Numbered from the stretch's first letter, positions 46,901 to 56,368 are shown. The stretch is DNA of 64,000 bases from Chitinophagaceae bacterium (GCA_019638595.1 JAHBTJ010000007.1:229674-293673); one strand, 5' to 3'. Notes: generated from the letters alone by a model not told the origin. Numbers and translations are program-made.

Positions 46901-49713
46901 CAAGAATAAAAAATTACCAGCTCACCCGGTTTGAAAGTGTAGCTCCTGGCAATTACCATTTGGTGCTGGTGACAAAAAACCTGCATTTCCTTGAAGTAGA
47001 AAATATAAAGGTATTACCTAACACTACTACCTGCATCAAAATAAATGCGCCTGTATATCAGTCGAACAATCTTTTTGTGGAAGCATTGCATGTAAACCAG
47101 TTGAGGAAACCTTTAATGCTGCCGTCTGAAGAGCCTGTAAAAGATACCGGCTATACGCCTGTTATAACAGGGTTGCCTATGCCTAAAGGGAATGCGGCAA
47201 TTGAAGGAGTAATTACAGATAAAGAGGGTAAGTCGCCGATAGTAGGTGCCGTTGTACTGTTTAAAGGTTATAGCATGGGAACCAGTTCAGGCATGAACGG
47301 GCATTTTATGCTTAGGGGTACGCGTTCCGGCGTATATACATTGGTGATATCCGCGGTTGGATACGAAACAAAAGCGATACAGGTATCACTTCAGGACAAT
47401 CAAACTATAATAGAAAATATTGAATTGAAACAAAGCGAGCTGGCATTACAGGAAGTTGTGGTTGTTGGATATGGAGTACAAAAGAAAAGAAGCTTAACCG
47501 GTAGTGTGTCTGTTATAAGCGGGCAGAGTCTCTTTACCGCTTTGCAAGGTAAAGTGGCGGGTGTTCAAATCACCGGTGTACCTGGAAATGCATCTCCAGT
47601 TATTATAAGAGGCACATCAGCGCTTAATGGAGACACCAAACTACTCTATGTTATAAATGGTGTATTGATGGATGACCTGCCTGCTGAAATAGAAATGGAT
47701 AAAGTACAGATGAGTGTACTAAAGGGGGAGATGGCAACCAACCTATACGGCGCAAGAGCCGCTAATGGCGTTATTGTTATTACCACCTCCGGGTTCGCAC
47801 CTAAAACGTTGAGGGAAAACTTTAAGGATTACGCTATCTGGCAGCCCAATCTTATTACAGATAAAGACGGTAATGCACAGTTTGTTGCTACCTATCCTGA
47901 CAATATTACCAGTTGGCAAACTTTTGTAGTGGGCATGGATAAAAAGAAGCGCATTACAAAAACCAGCACAATAGTAAAATCGTTTAAACCTATGCTGGCA
48001 CAGCTTGCAGCACCGCAATTTTTAATAGAAGGTGACAGTGCTACGGCAATAGGAAAGCTCATCAATTATACTACAGATCCGGTAACAATAAAATCTGCTT
48101 TTAGCATTAATGATAGTACTATATATACGGCTGACCAGCAGTTGCGGGCAAAAGAGGCGCTTAGTGAACGCCTGCTTATAACAGGCAAGGGCGATACTGT
48201 AAAAGCTCAATACAGCCTGCGGCAGCAAAATGGCTATGCCGATGGTGAGCTGAGAAAAATTCCTGTTTATAAAAAAGGAACGGAAGAGGCCAAAGGTATT
48301 TTCAGCATACTGCAGGCAGATACAGGTTTTGTATTTACGCCAGATCCCAACGCTGGTAAAACAGTACTTTATATACAGGATAATCCATTAGATGTATTGC
48401 TGGATGAATTAAAATATTTAAAAGACTATCCTTATTTCTGCATGGAGCAGACGGCTTCAAAGCTCACCGGACTATTGCTTGAAAAGCAAATTCGTAAAAC
48501 GCTGCGTCAACCTTTCAAAGAAGACAAGCAGGTGCAGCAATTATTGAGCAAATTACAGAAGGCGCAATTGTTTAACGGTGGCTGGGGCTGGTGGAAGGGA
48601 GATGAAGCCAATCTCTACATTACCAATTATATTACACGCGCCCTATTGCCGCTGAAAGAAGACGCATTGGTACAAACCAACCTGCGCAACGCGACACTAT
48701 ATCTGCAAAACGTTTTACCCCGGTTGCAAAAAGGCGAATTGCTGGATGCCTTGTATACTTTGAGCGAAGCGGATCATATAATGGACTATAGTGCTTATTT
48801 GCAAAAAATAGGGTTCGATTCCTTGACTGTGCATCAGCAGTGGCTGGTGATAGCTGTCAAGCAAAAGCAACAAATGTCTTACACCAGGGAATTGAATACA
48901 GTGATGTCGAAGAAAATAGAGACAATGTTAGGCGGTATACATTGGGGAGAAGATTCGTACTGGTGGCAGAGCAATGAAGTAGCAACTACCGTATTGGCCT
49001 ATACCATTTTACAGCGGAAGCAAGGACAGCAGGATGATTTGCGTAAGATCATTCAATATTTCCTGGAAAGAAGAAAAGGCGGAAGATGGAGGAATACAGT
49101 GGAGTCTGCCAGAATCTGTGCGGCTATTTTACCAATGGTTTTGCAGCAGCAACCCAACTATGCGAGCAAACCCGTTGTTACCATAACGGGAGCGGAAAAA
49201 ACTACCATTGATAAATTCCCTTACATAACAACAGTAAGCGATCAGTCTGCTCCTTTTGAAATCACTAAAAAAGGCGGGGGCATGATGTATGTAACTGCCT
49301 GGCAGAAAATATTCAATGCTGATCCTTTGCCTGTAACCAATAATTTCGTTCTTACTACCCGTTTTGAAAAAAATGGAAGCCAGATCGCCTCATTGCAGGC
49401 CGGAGAAAAAGCTACAATGAAAGTAACAGTGAATGTATTAAAAGATGCGGAGTATGTATTGATTGAGATACCTGTACCGGCAGGATGCACCTATGCCGAT
49501 AAACCACAAAGCTGGAACGGGCATAAGGAATTTTTAAAAGATAAGCTGGTAATATTTGTGGAACAAATGCCCAAAGGGGAATATGAATATGACATTGAGC
49601 TGGAGCCGCGCTATAGCGGGAAATATCACCTTAATCCCGCCAAAGCTGAGCTGATGTACTTTGCTACTTTTTACGGAAGAAATGAAATGAAGGTTGTAGA
49701 AATAACTCCATAA
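43927..49713 (+). CDS. Alpha-2-macroglobulin family protein with internal carboxypeptidase-regulatory and TonB plug-like domains
   Basis: Signal peptide; MG2-like FNQPKYKPGD; LRENFKDYAIWQPNLITD...PDNITSW; thioester-site YPYFCMEQ; C-terminal LNPAKAELMY; central ALQGKVAGV...YGARAANGVIVITT. Confidence 0.88.
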   Translation: MHMRKSLLFSLFLLLLHIHVSGQQYIKEARQKSWQSLVYKIPADSADKYIRNWKINIDAYIQQAVFAVWNNAIEHFELLPPGNYIIVAVAENELVAKFYCKSNVGVMPVNDRHRLRFEIRDSIGNAVKQADIWLNNKKLHHDPATQTYISNSRKADEAIIKVAADGDTSFFELAALENYTKTYWNQRWTNLYYKKPVYFASTPVRFVKRMITTEPAYWFRSTRYYRKAERGYVIFNQPKYKPGDTLRLKAYVINRKGRQYKKPLHLQLNYYSNGKYFSRQLTTLSPVSPGAYVYEFVLGDSLDADKTYQLNFQKKKDETVLSGNFKIEDYLLDEVATYSLRSEKESYYQKDTLLFYANAKDANGLALMDGKARIYLIAKNIPGFYQQQVLVPDTLWQQEKPLLVEGDTRFEIPASSLPDADLDIDVTVEFRNSNNEIQEKEASIKLLKNTALIKAVQEDGYITAEYLKNGISIPKKGKLSYGDDDMEREMQFPFKEKINPFTEEYEFWIEDEEGKVTVFEYTAIEKTADVIFSRVQSKDSSGFSLYNPLKANVHYNVLYGNKVMTAGSDTAENIAWIDRLDKKKIYSVVWNYTWAGKEHKGENTIALLSKLLGTTISGAANIYPGKTDTIKINVKDYKGKPASSVNLTAVSYNSQFSKDIKVPEPPYLQRYKRRSRLYMDDYGLEKAGFTSQQLLGNHQQWRSVFGLDSMLYYRFLFPDKGKYTSSKYTGNYIPQLSVFAVQKGVPQEIYLLYINRELVWYNGVTDSSSYAFKVAPGYVQVGFRLKDKYVEIDSIYVQPYYKHDMVFDLDMLPANTKVISRENMYTYVEQRQLEQQLFRISNDGRTNDGYIWQNDRLVKLTQSRSHIVGPFQSTDSLQFFKPGAFDLKFAFEPEYEYTLTPAMARLEKKPLFPQKHRVKLPGIKITKWVLGDTIPSLPVIQYNTVYTPPYLLANDYYYTKSMMTGAVSVQLPPDSSFIYAILYSIDADSNITRIKNYQLTRFESVAPGNYHLVLVTKNLHFLEVENIKVLPNTTTCIKINAPVYQSNNLFVEALHVNQLRKPLMLPSEEPVKDTGYTPVITGLPMPKGNAAIEGVITDKEGKSPIVGAVVLFKGYSMGTSSGMNGHFMLRGTRSGVYTLVISAVGYETKAIQVSLQDNQTIIENIELKQSELALQEVVVVGYGVQKKRSLTGSVSVISGQSLFTALQGKVAGVQITGVPGNASPVIIRGTSALNGDTKLLYVINGVLMDDLPAEIEMDKVQMSVLKGEMATNLYGARAANGVIVITTSGFAPKTLRENFKDYAIWQPNLITDKDGNAQFVATYPDNITSWQTFVVGMDKKKRITKTSTIVKSFKPMLAQLAAPQFLIEGDSATAIGKLINYTTDPVTIKSAFSINDSTIYTADQQLRAKEALSERLLITGKGDTVKAQYSLRQQNGYADGELRKIPVYKKGTEEAKGIFSILQADTGFVFTPDPNAGKTVLYIQDNPLDVLLDELKYLKDYPYFCMEQTASKLTGLLLEKQIRKTLRQPFKEDKQVQQLLSKLQKAQLFNGGWGWWKGDEANLYITNYITRALLPLKEDALVQTNLRNATLYLQNVLPRLQKGELLDALYTLSEADHIMDYSAYLQKIGFDSLTVHQQWLVIAVKQKQQMSYTRELNTVMSKKIETMLGGIHWGEDSYWWQSNEVATTVLAYTILQRKQGQQDDLRKIIQYFLERRKGGRWRNTVESARICAAILPMVLQQQPNYASKPVVTITGAEKTTIDKFPYITTVSDQSAPFEITKKGGGMMYVTAWQKIFNADPLPVTNNFVLTTRFEKNGSQIASLQAGEKATMKVTVNVLKDAEYVLIEIPVPAGCTYADKPQSWNGHKEFLKDKLVIFVEQMPKGEYEYDIELEPRYSGKYHLNPAKAELMYFATFYGRNEMKVVEITP

Positions 49714-49735
49714 ATAAGACCATGGTTGATTTAGA

Positions 49736-50437
49736 GGGTAGCCGCTACGCGGCAAATATAATATCTGTCTTTTTTTCTACAAACGGGTAACCGCTACGCG
49801 GCAGACTTATGATAGATTGATGCAGATGAATACATCTCACTTTTAATCGCTTTTCTTATTGAGAACACTATTGATATGCTGGATTTACCGTGCCATTGAT
49901 ACAACCTGCTTGTAGTATATATTGATATTTCTCCGTACATCTATGTAAGAATTGCCTTTGTGTCGGGAAATATATAGTGAACAGATGTTGAAAAATAAGT
50001 TCATCATTTCACCTGTCTGTTAGTTTTACGCTGATATTGGTATGCTGGATTTACCGTGCCATTGATATAATCCGTTGTGGCATATATTGATATTTCTCCG
50101 TACATCTATGTAAGAATTGCCTTTGTGTCGGGAAATATATAGTGAACAGATGTTGAAAAATAAGTTCATTATTTTACCTGTCTGTTAGCATTACGCTGAT
50201 ATTGATATGCTGCATTTACTGTACTATCAGCATAACTCACTTGCTGCATATATTGATTTTTTCCGTGCTTACCCTTATAATGATTAGACTGTAAACAAGA
50301 ACATTTGATGAATCGTTCATCATATGCTTGTTTGTATTGCGTTGATATTGATATCCTACATCTGCTGTGCCATCGGCACAACCCGTTTGTAGACTTCCAT
50401 ATGATCAAATTTCGAAAATGCGCCGTAGGCGCTACCC
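49736..50437. repeat. Expanded REPIN-like unit, family A
   Basis: REP hairpins at 49736 and 49785 (+), 50367 and 50420 (-), enclosing a tandem repeat. Confidence 0.8.
49869..50266. repeat. Tandem repeat, ~165-166 bp unit, about 2.4 copies
   Basis: Units start at 49869, 50035 and 50200; the first two share a long identical core (ATTGATATTTCTCCGTACATCTATGTAAGAATTGCC...); the third is degenerate. Confidence 0.9.
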
Positions 50438-50451
50438 TTTAAAAGTAAACG

Positions 50452-50919
50452 TCACCCATCAGGCAAATCATGAAAAATATATTTCTCATTATAATCAACT
50501 CCAAAATCTGATAACATCTTCAGGTATTCGTCTTTAAACGTTTTCTTTTTATGATGCTCCTGCTGATTCATGATGTATTTAACCACAGCGTCTATTTGTG
50601 AATGACTGTTACTGAATGCACCATATCCGCTTTGCCATTGAAATTTTCTTTTCGTAAAACCCTGCTGATTTACAAATTCGGAACTGTCGCCTTTAACAAG
50701 CTGCATTAGTTGAGCGATAGATTGATTGGGGCTGATCCCGGCAAAATAATGCAGATGATCTGCTACGGAATTAATCGCAAGCATTTTATGTCCATTGTTT
50801 TGAACAACCCCGGTAATATACTTGTGCAATCTTTCGTTCCAGTCAGGTTGAATTAAGGCTGCCCTGTATTTTACTGCAAATACAAAATGAACATGAAGCT
50901 GTGTGTAGGTGTTAGGCAT
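50452..50919 (-). mobile_element. tnpA: IS200/IS605-family Y1 transposase, REP-associated (RAYT/TnpA-REP-like)
   Basis: MPNTYTQLHVHFVFAVKYR, HUH motif DHLH, catalytic Tyr in VKYIMNQQEHH; no tnpB; flanked by GTAG-footed hairpins. Confidence 0.92.
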
Positions 50920-50958
50920 AGATTGAATGTTTAAATAAATGTACAAATTTTTTTATAA

Positions 50959-51196
50959 GGGTAGCCTCTACGAGGCATGTAAAAATGGCTGTTATCTTTT
51001 TTCTACAAACGGGTAGCCGCTACGCGGCAGATTTCAGGATGTCAGTATTCCTGTCTGCATGAGTGAAATATCAACTCGCTAACATCAGCTACAAGAAACG
51101 CCGTTAAAAACACACTGCATCTACTGTGCCATCGGCACAACCCGTTTGTAGACTTCCATATGATCACATTTCGAAAATGCGCCGTAGGCGCTACCC
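50959..51196. repeat. REPIN-like unit, family A, upstream of tnpA
   Basis: Hairpins at 50959 and 51011 (+), 51126 and 51179 (-). Confidence 0.85.
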
Positions 51197-51211
51197 TTTT
51201 AAAAGTAAATG

Positions 51212-51322
51212 TCATTCATCAGGCAAATCATGAAAAACATATTTCTCATTATAGGCAACCCCAAAACCTGATAACATTTTCAGGTATTCGTCTTTAAACG
51301 TTTCTTTTTTATGATGCTCCTG
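51212..51322 (-). pseudogene. tnpA 3' remnant
   Basis: QEHHKKETFKDEYLKMLSGFGVAYNEKYVFHDLPDE* is nearly identical to the tnpA C-terminus. Confidence 0.9.
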
Positions 51323-51872
51323 TCTTGCAGCGCTGCTTTTCTGCCTGGCAGGCCTTAATGGTATACTGTTCAAACGCAGGGAGGTTTTTGGGGTATGATT
51401 GAATATGATCGTCCTTTCGAATTGCCGCATGTAAAAATGATAGCATAATTTCTTATGAGGGAGAAATCTCCAATACCGGCAGCATCATTATTGCCTGCCA
51501 GATTTCTATGCAGCGGCGGATAAAGCCCGGCACCCGGCTACTGTCAATAATTATGTCGCCAGGAAGCGACAACAAATCCGGGCGTGGCGAAGGACGCTGC
51601 GCGCAGCCATTTAAGCATTGAGACAGCAAAGGATCACTGATGAAACCATGTATACCTAATCTTGCCGTATATCTATGTGGTGAAACTCCACTACACAATA
51701 CGGGAATAAATTCATCGTTATAACAGTGATTGTATACACACGTTGATATGATCGTCCCGTTTTAAAAAAGATATCCCTAATCCCTCTGTACCCCCCGGAA
51801 ACGGTTGAACCCCTTTAGTACTTATTTTGATCCGCGACCCTGTATTTATTCATTTTATTAAAAACAGAGTCT

Positions 51873-51974
51873 ATGAAACAGAGTTTTACTACCCATGCAC
51901 AGGACATTGTGGCGTATGCCGCAGCACTTGCTTACTTTTCAGCTATTACAGTATTCGCGCTGTTGTACGTATAA
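51873..51974 (+). CDS. Putative 33-aa single-TM small protein
   Basis: MKQSFTTHAQDIVAYAAALAYFSAITVFALLYV*; A-rich leader; hairpin follows. Confidence 0.4.
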   Translation: MKQSFTTHAQDIVAYAAALAYFSAITVFALLYV

Positions 51975-51996
51975 TGCGTATGTCAGGGATTGTTAA

Positions 51997-52022
51997 AAGG
52001 CGGAGCACTATTGCCCCGCCTT
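51997..52022. terminator. GC-rich hairpin (possibly bidirectional terminator)
   Basis: AAGGCGG(A)GCA-CTAT-TGC(C)CCGCCTT. Confidence 0.5.
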
Positions 52023-52164
52023 ACATCTGTTACAGGTTACTGGGCGATGACAGATTTGAAATTTGAAATTTGAGATTGAGCTCATGGCTCATAGCTGAAG
52101 GCTGACAGCCGATAACTATAAACAACAAACCATAAACAACCTGAAACCTGCAACCTGCCTCCTG

Positions 52165-53577
52165 TCATATCTTCACCAGCTTCCATTTCCCTTTTCTGAA
52201 TATGATAAACGAGGCGATGGTAATAGCCGTTTCGGCAATGGGAATGGCTGTAAAAACGCCTGTTGGGCCCCATTGCAAAACATTGGCCATCAGCCAGGCT
52301 ATAGGCACCTGGAAAAACCAGAAGCCAAACAGGTTGATCCAGGTGGGGGTGCGTGTATCTCCCGCACCGTTGAACGCGTTAGAAAACACCATCCCTATTC
52401 CATAAAAAATATAGCCACTGCTGATAATGCGCATGGCCAGCACGGCATACCGTTTTACATCAGGCTCCTGTGTAAAAAATGAAATGATGAGATCGGCAAA
52501 CACAATAAAGAACAGGGATACGATGCCCATAAAAACTGCATTATAAACAGCGGTTTTGTTTACCGACTCCTGTGCTCTTTCGGGCTTACCTGCTCCCAGG
52601 TTTTGCCCTACCAGTGTAGCGGCGGCATTGCTCATACCCCAGGCTGGTAAAATAAAGAACATCACTATCCTTAAAGCTATCTGGTAACCCGCCGACGCCT
52701 CACTGTGCCCTGTATGCGCTACAATACCGGCCAGTATGATCCAGCTTCCTGAACCTATCAGGAACTGCAAGGTGCCCGGCCAGGCAATATTGAACAGCGA
52801 TTTGATAATAGACCATACCGGTTTAAAATGCCCTGTCGTTATTTTAATAACACTTTTACCGTTAAATAAATGATACAGTTGATACACTACGCCAATACCC
52901 CGCCCAATGGTGGTGGCCAGTGCGGCGCCGGTAAGTCCTAAGGCCGGAACCGGGCCCCAGCCGCGGATCAGTAACGGGCATAAAATAATGTTACAGATAT
53001 TAGCCAGCCAAAGGCTTTTCATAGCGATCATGGGGTTGCCGGCCCCGCGGAATATGCCATTAATAAGGAATAACAGCGTGATGATAATGCTGCTGCCCAT
53101 AATAACGCGTGTGTAGGTAGTTCCCATGGTTACCGTTGCCTCCTCTGCCCCCATTAAACGAAGGATTTCCGGTGCAAATATTATCCCCAGCACGCTTACC
53201 ACTGCAGTAACGGATAATGCCAGAATAATGGATTGCACACCGGCGCGCGCCGCCCCCGGTTTGTCTTTTTCACCTATACGGCGGGCTACCATAGCGCTTG
53301 CCGCCATACTGATGCCCATTGCCAGGGAGTATACAATGGTTACAACCGATTCGGTTAAGCCCACGGTGGAAGTGGCATGCTTGCCCAGGTGGCTTACAAA
53401 AAATATATCCACCACTGCAAATACGCTCTCCATACCCATTTCAAGCATCATGGGTATGGCCAGTAATATAACCGCTTTGCGTATACTACCTGTAGTGTAA
53501 TCTTGTTCCTCGCTGCCAATAGCTTGTTTTATGGTTGACCAGACAGTATTACGCTGGCTGGTATTTGATTCAGTCAT
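52165..53577 (-). CDS. MATE-family efflux transporter
   Basis: LAIPMMLEM, VDIFFV, GAALAT, 12 TM helices in two repeats; -7 box TACTTTTG at 53707-53714 on the minus strand. Confidence 0.95.
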   Translation of the reverse strand: MTESNTSQRNTVWSTIKQAIGSEEQDYTTGSIRKAVILLAIPMMLEMGMESVFAVVDIFFVSHLGKHATSTVGLTESVVTIVYSLAMGISMAASAMVARRIGEKDKPGAARAGVQSIILALSVTAVVSVLGIIFAPEILRLMGAEEATVTMGTTYTRVIMGSSIIITLLFLINGIFRGAGNPMIAMKSLWLANICNIILCPLLIRGWGPVPALGLTGAALATTIGRGIGVVYQLYHLFNGKSVIKITTGHFKPVWSIIKSLFNIAWPGTLQFLIGSGSWIILAGIVAHTGHSEASAGYQIALRIVMFFILPAWGMSNAAATLVGQNLGAGKPERAQESVNKTAVYNAVFMGIVSLFFIVFADLIISFFTQEPDVKRYAVLAMRIISSGYIFYGIGMVFSNAFNGAGDTRTPTWINLFGFWFFQVPIAWLMANVLQWGPTGVFTAIPIAETAITIASFIIFRKGKWKLVKI

Positions 53578-53870
53578 TTTAAAAAATTAAAAACTTGTGT
53601 AAAAATGGAAATTGTAAGCCGCAAAAACCCAGGGAATAACAGGAAATACGTTAAAAGAAGTCCCTGAGTATAATTATAATTTCATAATCGTGCTATTGAA
53701 GTGGCACAAAAGTAGGAATAAGTTTTTAATTTCAAAATTCTGCAGGAACCGTTCATCAAAAAAATCATTTCTTATTTTATCTGTATACAATCACAATCTT
53801 TTGTAATTTCCTTTTTTTGCGGGAAAGCAAAACCCGCTTTTCTGTGCTTTTCACCGAAATTATTTGCATT

Positions 53871-55091
53871 ATGAAATTCAAGGTCAGGCTGCAGCTCTCA
53901 TTTATGATGTTTCTCGAGTTTTTTATATGGGGAGCATGGTATAGCGCGATAGCTGTGTACATGTCTTCTCATGGAATGAGCGATCTGACCCATTGGCCGT
54001 TTACGGTAAACGCCATTGCCGCCATCATTGCCCCGTTCTTTGTGGGGCTGATAGCCGACAGGTATTTCGCTACTCAAAAGGTGTTAGGCATATTGCATAT
54101 CATTGGTTCCATCTGTATGTTCCTGGCTCCTCAGTTCACGGGTAATTCCGTTATTTTTATTTTATTGTTACTGATCTATAACATTTGTTACATGCCCACT
54201 TTGAGCCTTTCCAATACCTTATGCTTTCATCAAATGAACAACCCCGAAAAGCAGTTTCCCGCCATAAGGGTTTTCGGAACCATTGGCTGGATCGCGGCAG
54301 GGCTGACCATCAGCTATGTACTGGTTGCTTTTGTAGCGGGAAATGCCAAGCCGGAAGCAACTCCATTGCCTTTATACCTGACGGCTTCATTCAGTCTGTT
54401 GTTAGGCCTGTATAGCTTTATGTTGCCCCATACGCCTCCTCCTGCGGCCGGTAAAAAGGTTTCGGCCCGCGCTATTATCGGTATAGATGCATTTAAAAAA
54501 CTGGGCAGCCGGTCCTTTTATATTTTCCTGGCGAGCTCTATACTGGTCTGCATCCCCCTTGCTGTGTATTATAACTATACCCAGTTATACCTGGTAAGCG
54601 CGAATTTTGAAAAAATAGCAGCTACCCAGATAATCGGCCAGGTTTCAGAGCTTGGGTTTATGTTGGTGATGCCATTGTTTTTCAGAAGACTGGGGGTAAA
54701 ATGGATGCTGGCGATAGGGATGCTTGCCTGGGTTTTACGATATGCGCTTTTTGCCGCGGCAGCTCCCGAAACTGTTACCTGGATGATCATGGCGGGTATT
54801 GTGCTGCATGGTATATGCTATGATTTCTTTTTTGTAACAGGACAAATATATATGGATAAGGCCGCCACCCCCGAAATAAGAGGGCAGGCGCAGGGGTTGA
54901 TTATTTTTGCTACTTATGGCGTAGGTATGCTTATAGGTACGCAAACAGCCGGAGCATTGTATAACAGCTTTCTTAAGGATAATACTTCGCTTACGCTGGA
55001 GCAATGGCAGAGCTTCTGGTGGGTGCCTGCCATTTTCGCGCTGGGCGTACTGTTGCTTTTTGTTGCTATTTTTAAAGATAAAACAAAGTAA
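53871..55091 (+). CDS. MFS nucleoside:H+ symporter family protein (NupG-like)
   Basis: QLSFMMFLEFFIWGAW, GLIADRYF, FPAIRVFGTIGW, GQVSE, LHGICYDFFF. Confidence 0.9.
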   Translation: MKFKVRLQLSFMMFLEFFIWGAWYSAIAVYMSSHGMSDLTHWPFTVNAIAAIIAPFFVGLIADRYFATQKVLGILHIIGSICMFLAPQFTGNSVIFILLLLIYNICYMPTLSLSNTLCFHQMNNPEKQFPAIRVFGTIGWIAAGLTISYVLVAFVAGNAKPEATPLPLYLTASFSLLLGLYSFMLPHTPPPAAGKKVSARAIIGIDAFKKLGSRSFYIFLASSILVCIPLAVYYNYTQLYLVSANFEKIAATQIIGQVSELGFMLVMPLFFRRLGVKWMLAIGMLAWVLRYALFAAAAPETVTWMIMAGIVLHGICYDFFFVTGQIYMDKAATPEIRGQAQGLIIFATYGVGMLIGTQTAGALYNSFLKDNTSLTLEQWQSFWWVPAIFALGVLLLFVAIFKDKTK

Positions 55092-55124
55092 ATTTTATCA
55101 TCTATTATAATTTAATTGTATCGT

Positions 55125-56318
55125 ATGCAAAAGATTGCCATGCTGGGCTCGGGGTTTATCGGGAGATTTTACGCTGACTCATTACAGGGATACCGCAGTA
55201 AAGACAAAATCGTAAGTATTTATTCGCGTCGCGAAGAAAGCGCTAAAAAATTCGCGCAGGACTATAACGTAGCTTTCTGGACTACCAATATGGAAGAAGC
55301 GATCGCAAGACCGGAAGTAGAGGTGGTTTGTATTTCCCTGCCTAATAACCTGCACGAAGAGGCAGTGCTGCTTTGCTGCAAACACAAAAAAGCGGTGATC
55401 ACTACCAAACCATTGGGCAGGAACGGAGAAGAAGCGAAACGCATGCTGGACGCGGTAGAAAAAGCCGGTATCTTTAACGGGTACCTGGAAGACCTGGTAT
55501 ACACGCCTAAATTTTTAAAAGCGTATGAAAGTGTAAAGGGGGGGGCGCTGGGCCGTATCCTGTGGGCAAAATCGCGCGAAACGCACCCCGGTCCCCATAG
55601 CGAATGGTTCTGGAACCTGGAGCAGGCAGGCGGCGGTTGCATACTCGATCTGGGCTGCCATTGTGTGGAAATAACCAGGAGCTATATTGGCAAGGATATT
55701 AAACCTGTAGAAGTAATGTGCTGGGCCGATACGCAGGTAAAGCCTATTGATGCGGAAGATCATGCCATAGGGTTGGTGAAATATGAAAACGGGGCAATAG
55801 CGCAGTTTGAAGTAAGCTGGACCTTCCGGGGCGGATTGGACCTGCGCGATGAAGTGATGGGTACAGAAGGTACTATATGGATCAATAGCTTTTTGCGTAC
55901 AGGCTTTGATATGTTCACTACCGGAAAGGGCGCAGATTATGTGGCCGAAAAAGCAGAAAGCAACAGCGGGTGGCTATTCCCGGTGGGCGATGAACTGAAT
56001 GAGCTGGGATACAACCACATGTTCATGGATATGTTCAACGCGCTTGAAACCGGTAAAGCGCCCAGGGAAACTTTTTATGACGGGTATATTGTAAACTGTG
56101 TGCTGGATGCCGCTTACCGTTCGGCTAAAAGCAAGCAGTGGGAGCCGGTAAAGCTCGATATCTGGCGCGGAAAAACAGGCGTTTCTAAAGACAGTCACCT
56201 GGTAGAGTACGATAAAGATCATTACCTGGTAAAAGAGGAAGTAACACACTATGGCGCTAAAAAGCTTATTTTAAAAGAAAAGCAATCCGGTAAAATAGTA
56301 GAGAAGATATTGAGCTGA
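55125..56318 (+). CDS. Gfo/Idh/MocA oxidoreductase
   Basis: GSGFIG, PNNLH, TKPL, GGGCILDLGCH. Confidence 0.92.
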   Translation: MQKIAMLGSGFIGRFYADSLQGYRSKDKIVSIYSRREESAKKFAQDYNVAFWTTNMEEAIARPEVEVVCISLPNNLHEEAVLLCCKHKKAVITTKPLGRNGEEAKRMLDAVEKAGIFNGYLEDLVYTPKFLKAYESVKGGALGRILWAKSRETHPGPHSEWFWNLEQAGGGCILDLGCHCVEITRSYIGKDIKPVEVMCWADTQVKPIDAEDHAIGLVKYENGAIAQFEVSWTFRGGLDLRDEVMGTEGTIWINSFLRTGFDMFTTGKGADYVAEKAESNSGWLFPVGDELNELGYNHMFMDMFNALETGKAPRETFYDGYIVNCVLDAAYRSAKSKQWEPVKLDIWRGKTGVSKDSHLVEYDKDHYLVKEEVTHYGAKKLILKEKQSGKIVEKILS

Positions 56319-56338
56319 TAAAAATTTGTTTGTAGCTG

Positions 56339-56368
56339 AAAGAGGTGCCTTTTCGACACCTCTTTTTT
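56339..56368. terminator. Intrinsic terminator between convergent genes
   Basis: AAAGAGGTG-N9-CACCTCTTT plus a T run. Confidence 0.8.

Noticed and set aside
49869-50266. Tandem repeat as a CRISPR array
   Set aside because: Whole 165-bp units are duplicated, with no unique spacers, and there are no cas genes in the window.
43541-51196. REP hairpins as CRISPR repeats or tRNAs
   Set aside because: They occur in mixed orientations with variable stems and irregular spacing; no cloverleaf or CCA features.
51324-51620. Protein-like fragments after the tnpA remnant (LAALLFCLAGLNGILFKRREVFGV*; DFYAAADKARHPATVNNYVARKR...)
   Set aside because: No starts and no identifiable family; possibly pseudogene debris, but not supportable without a search.
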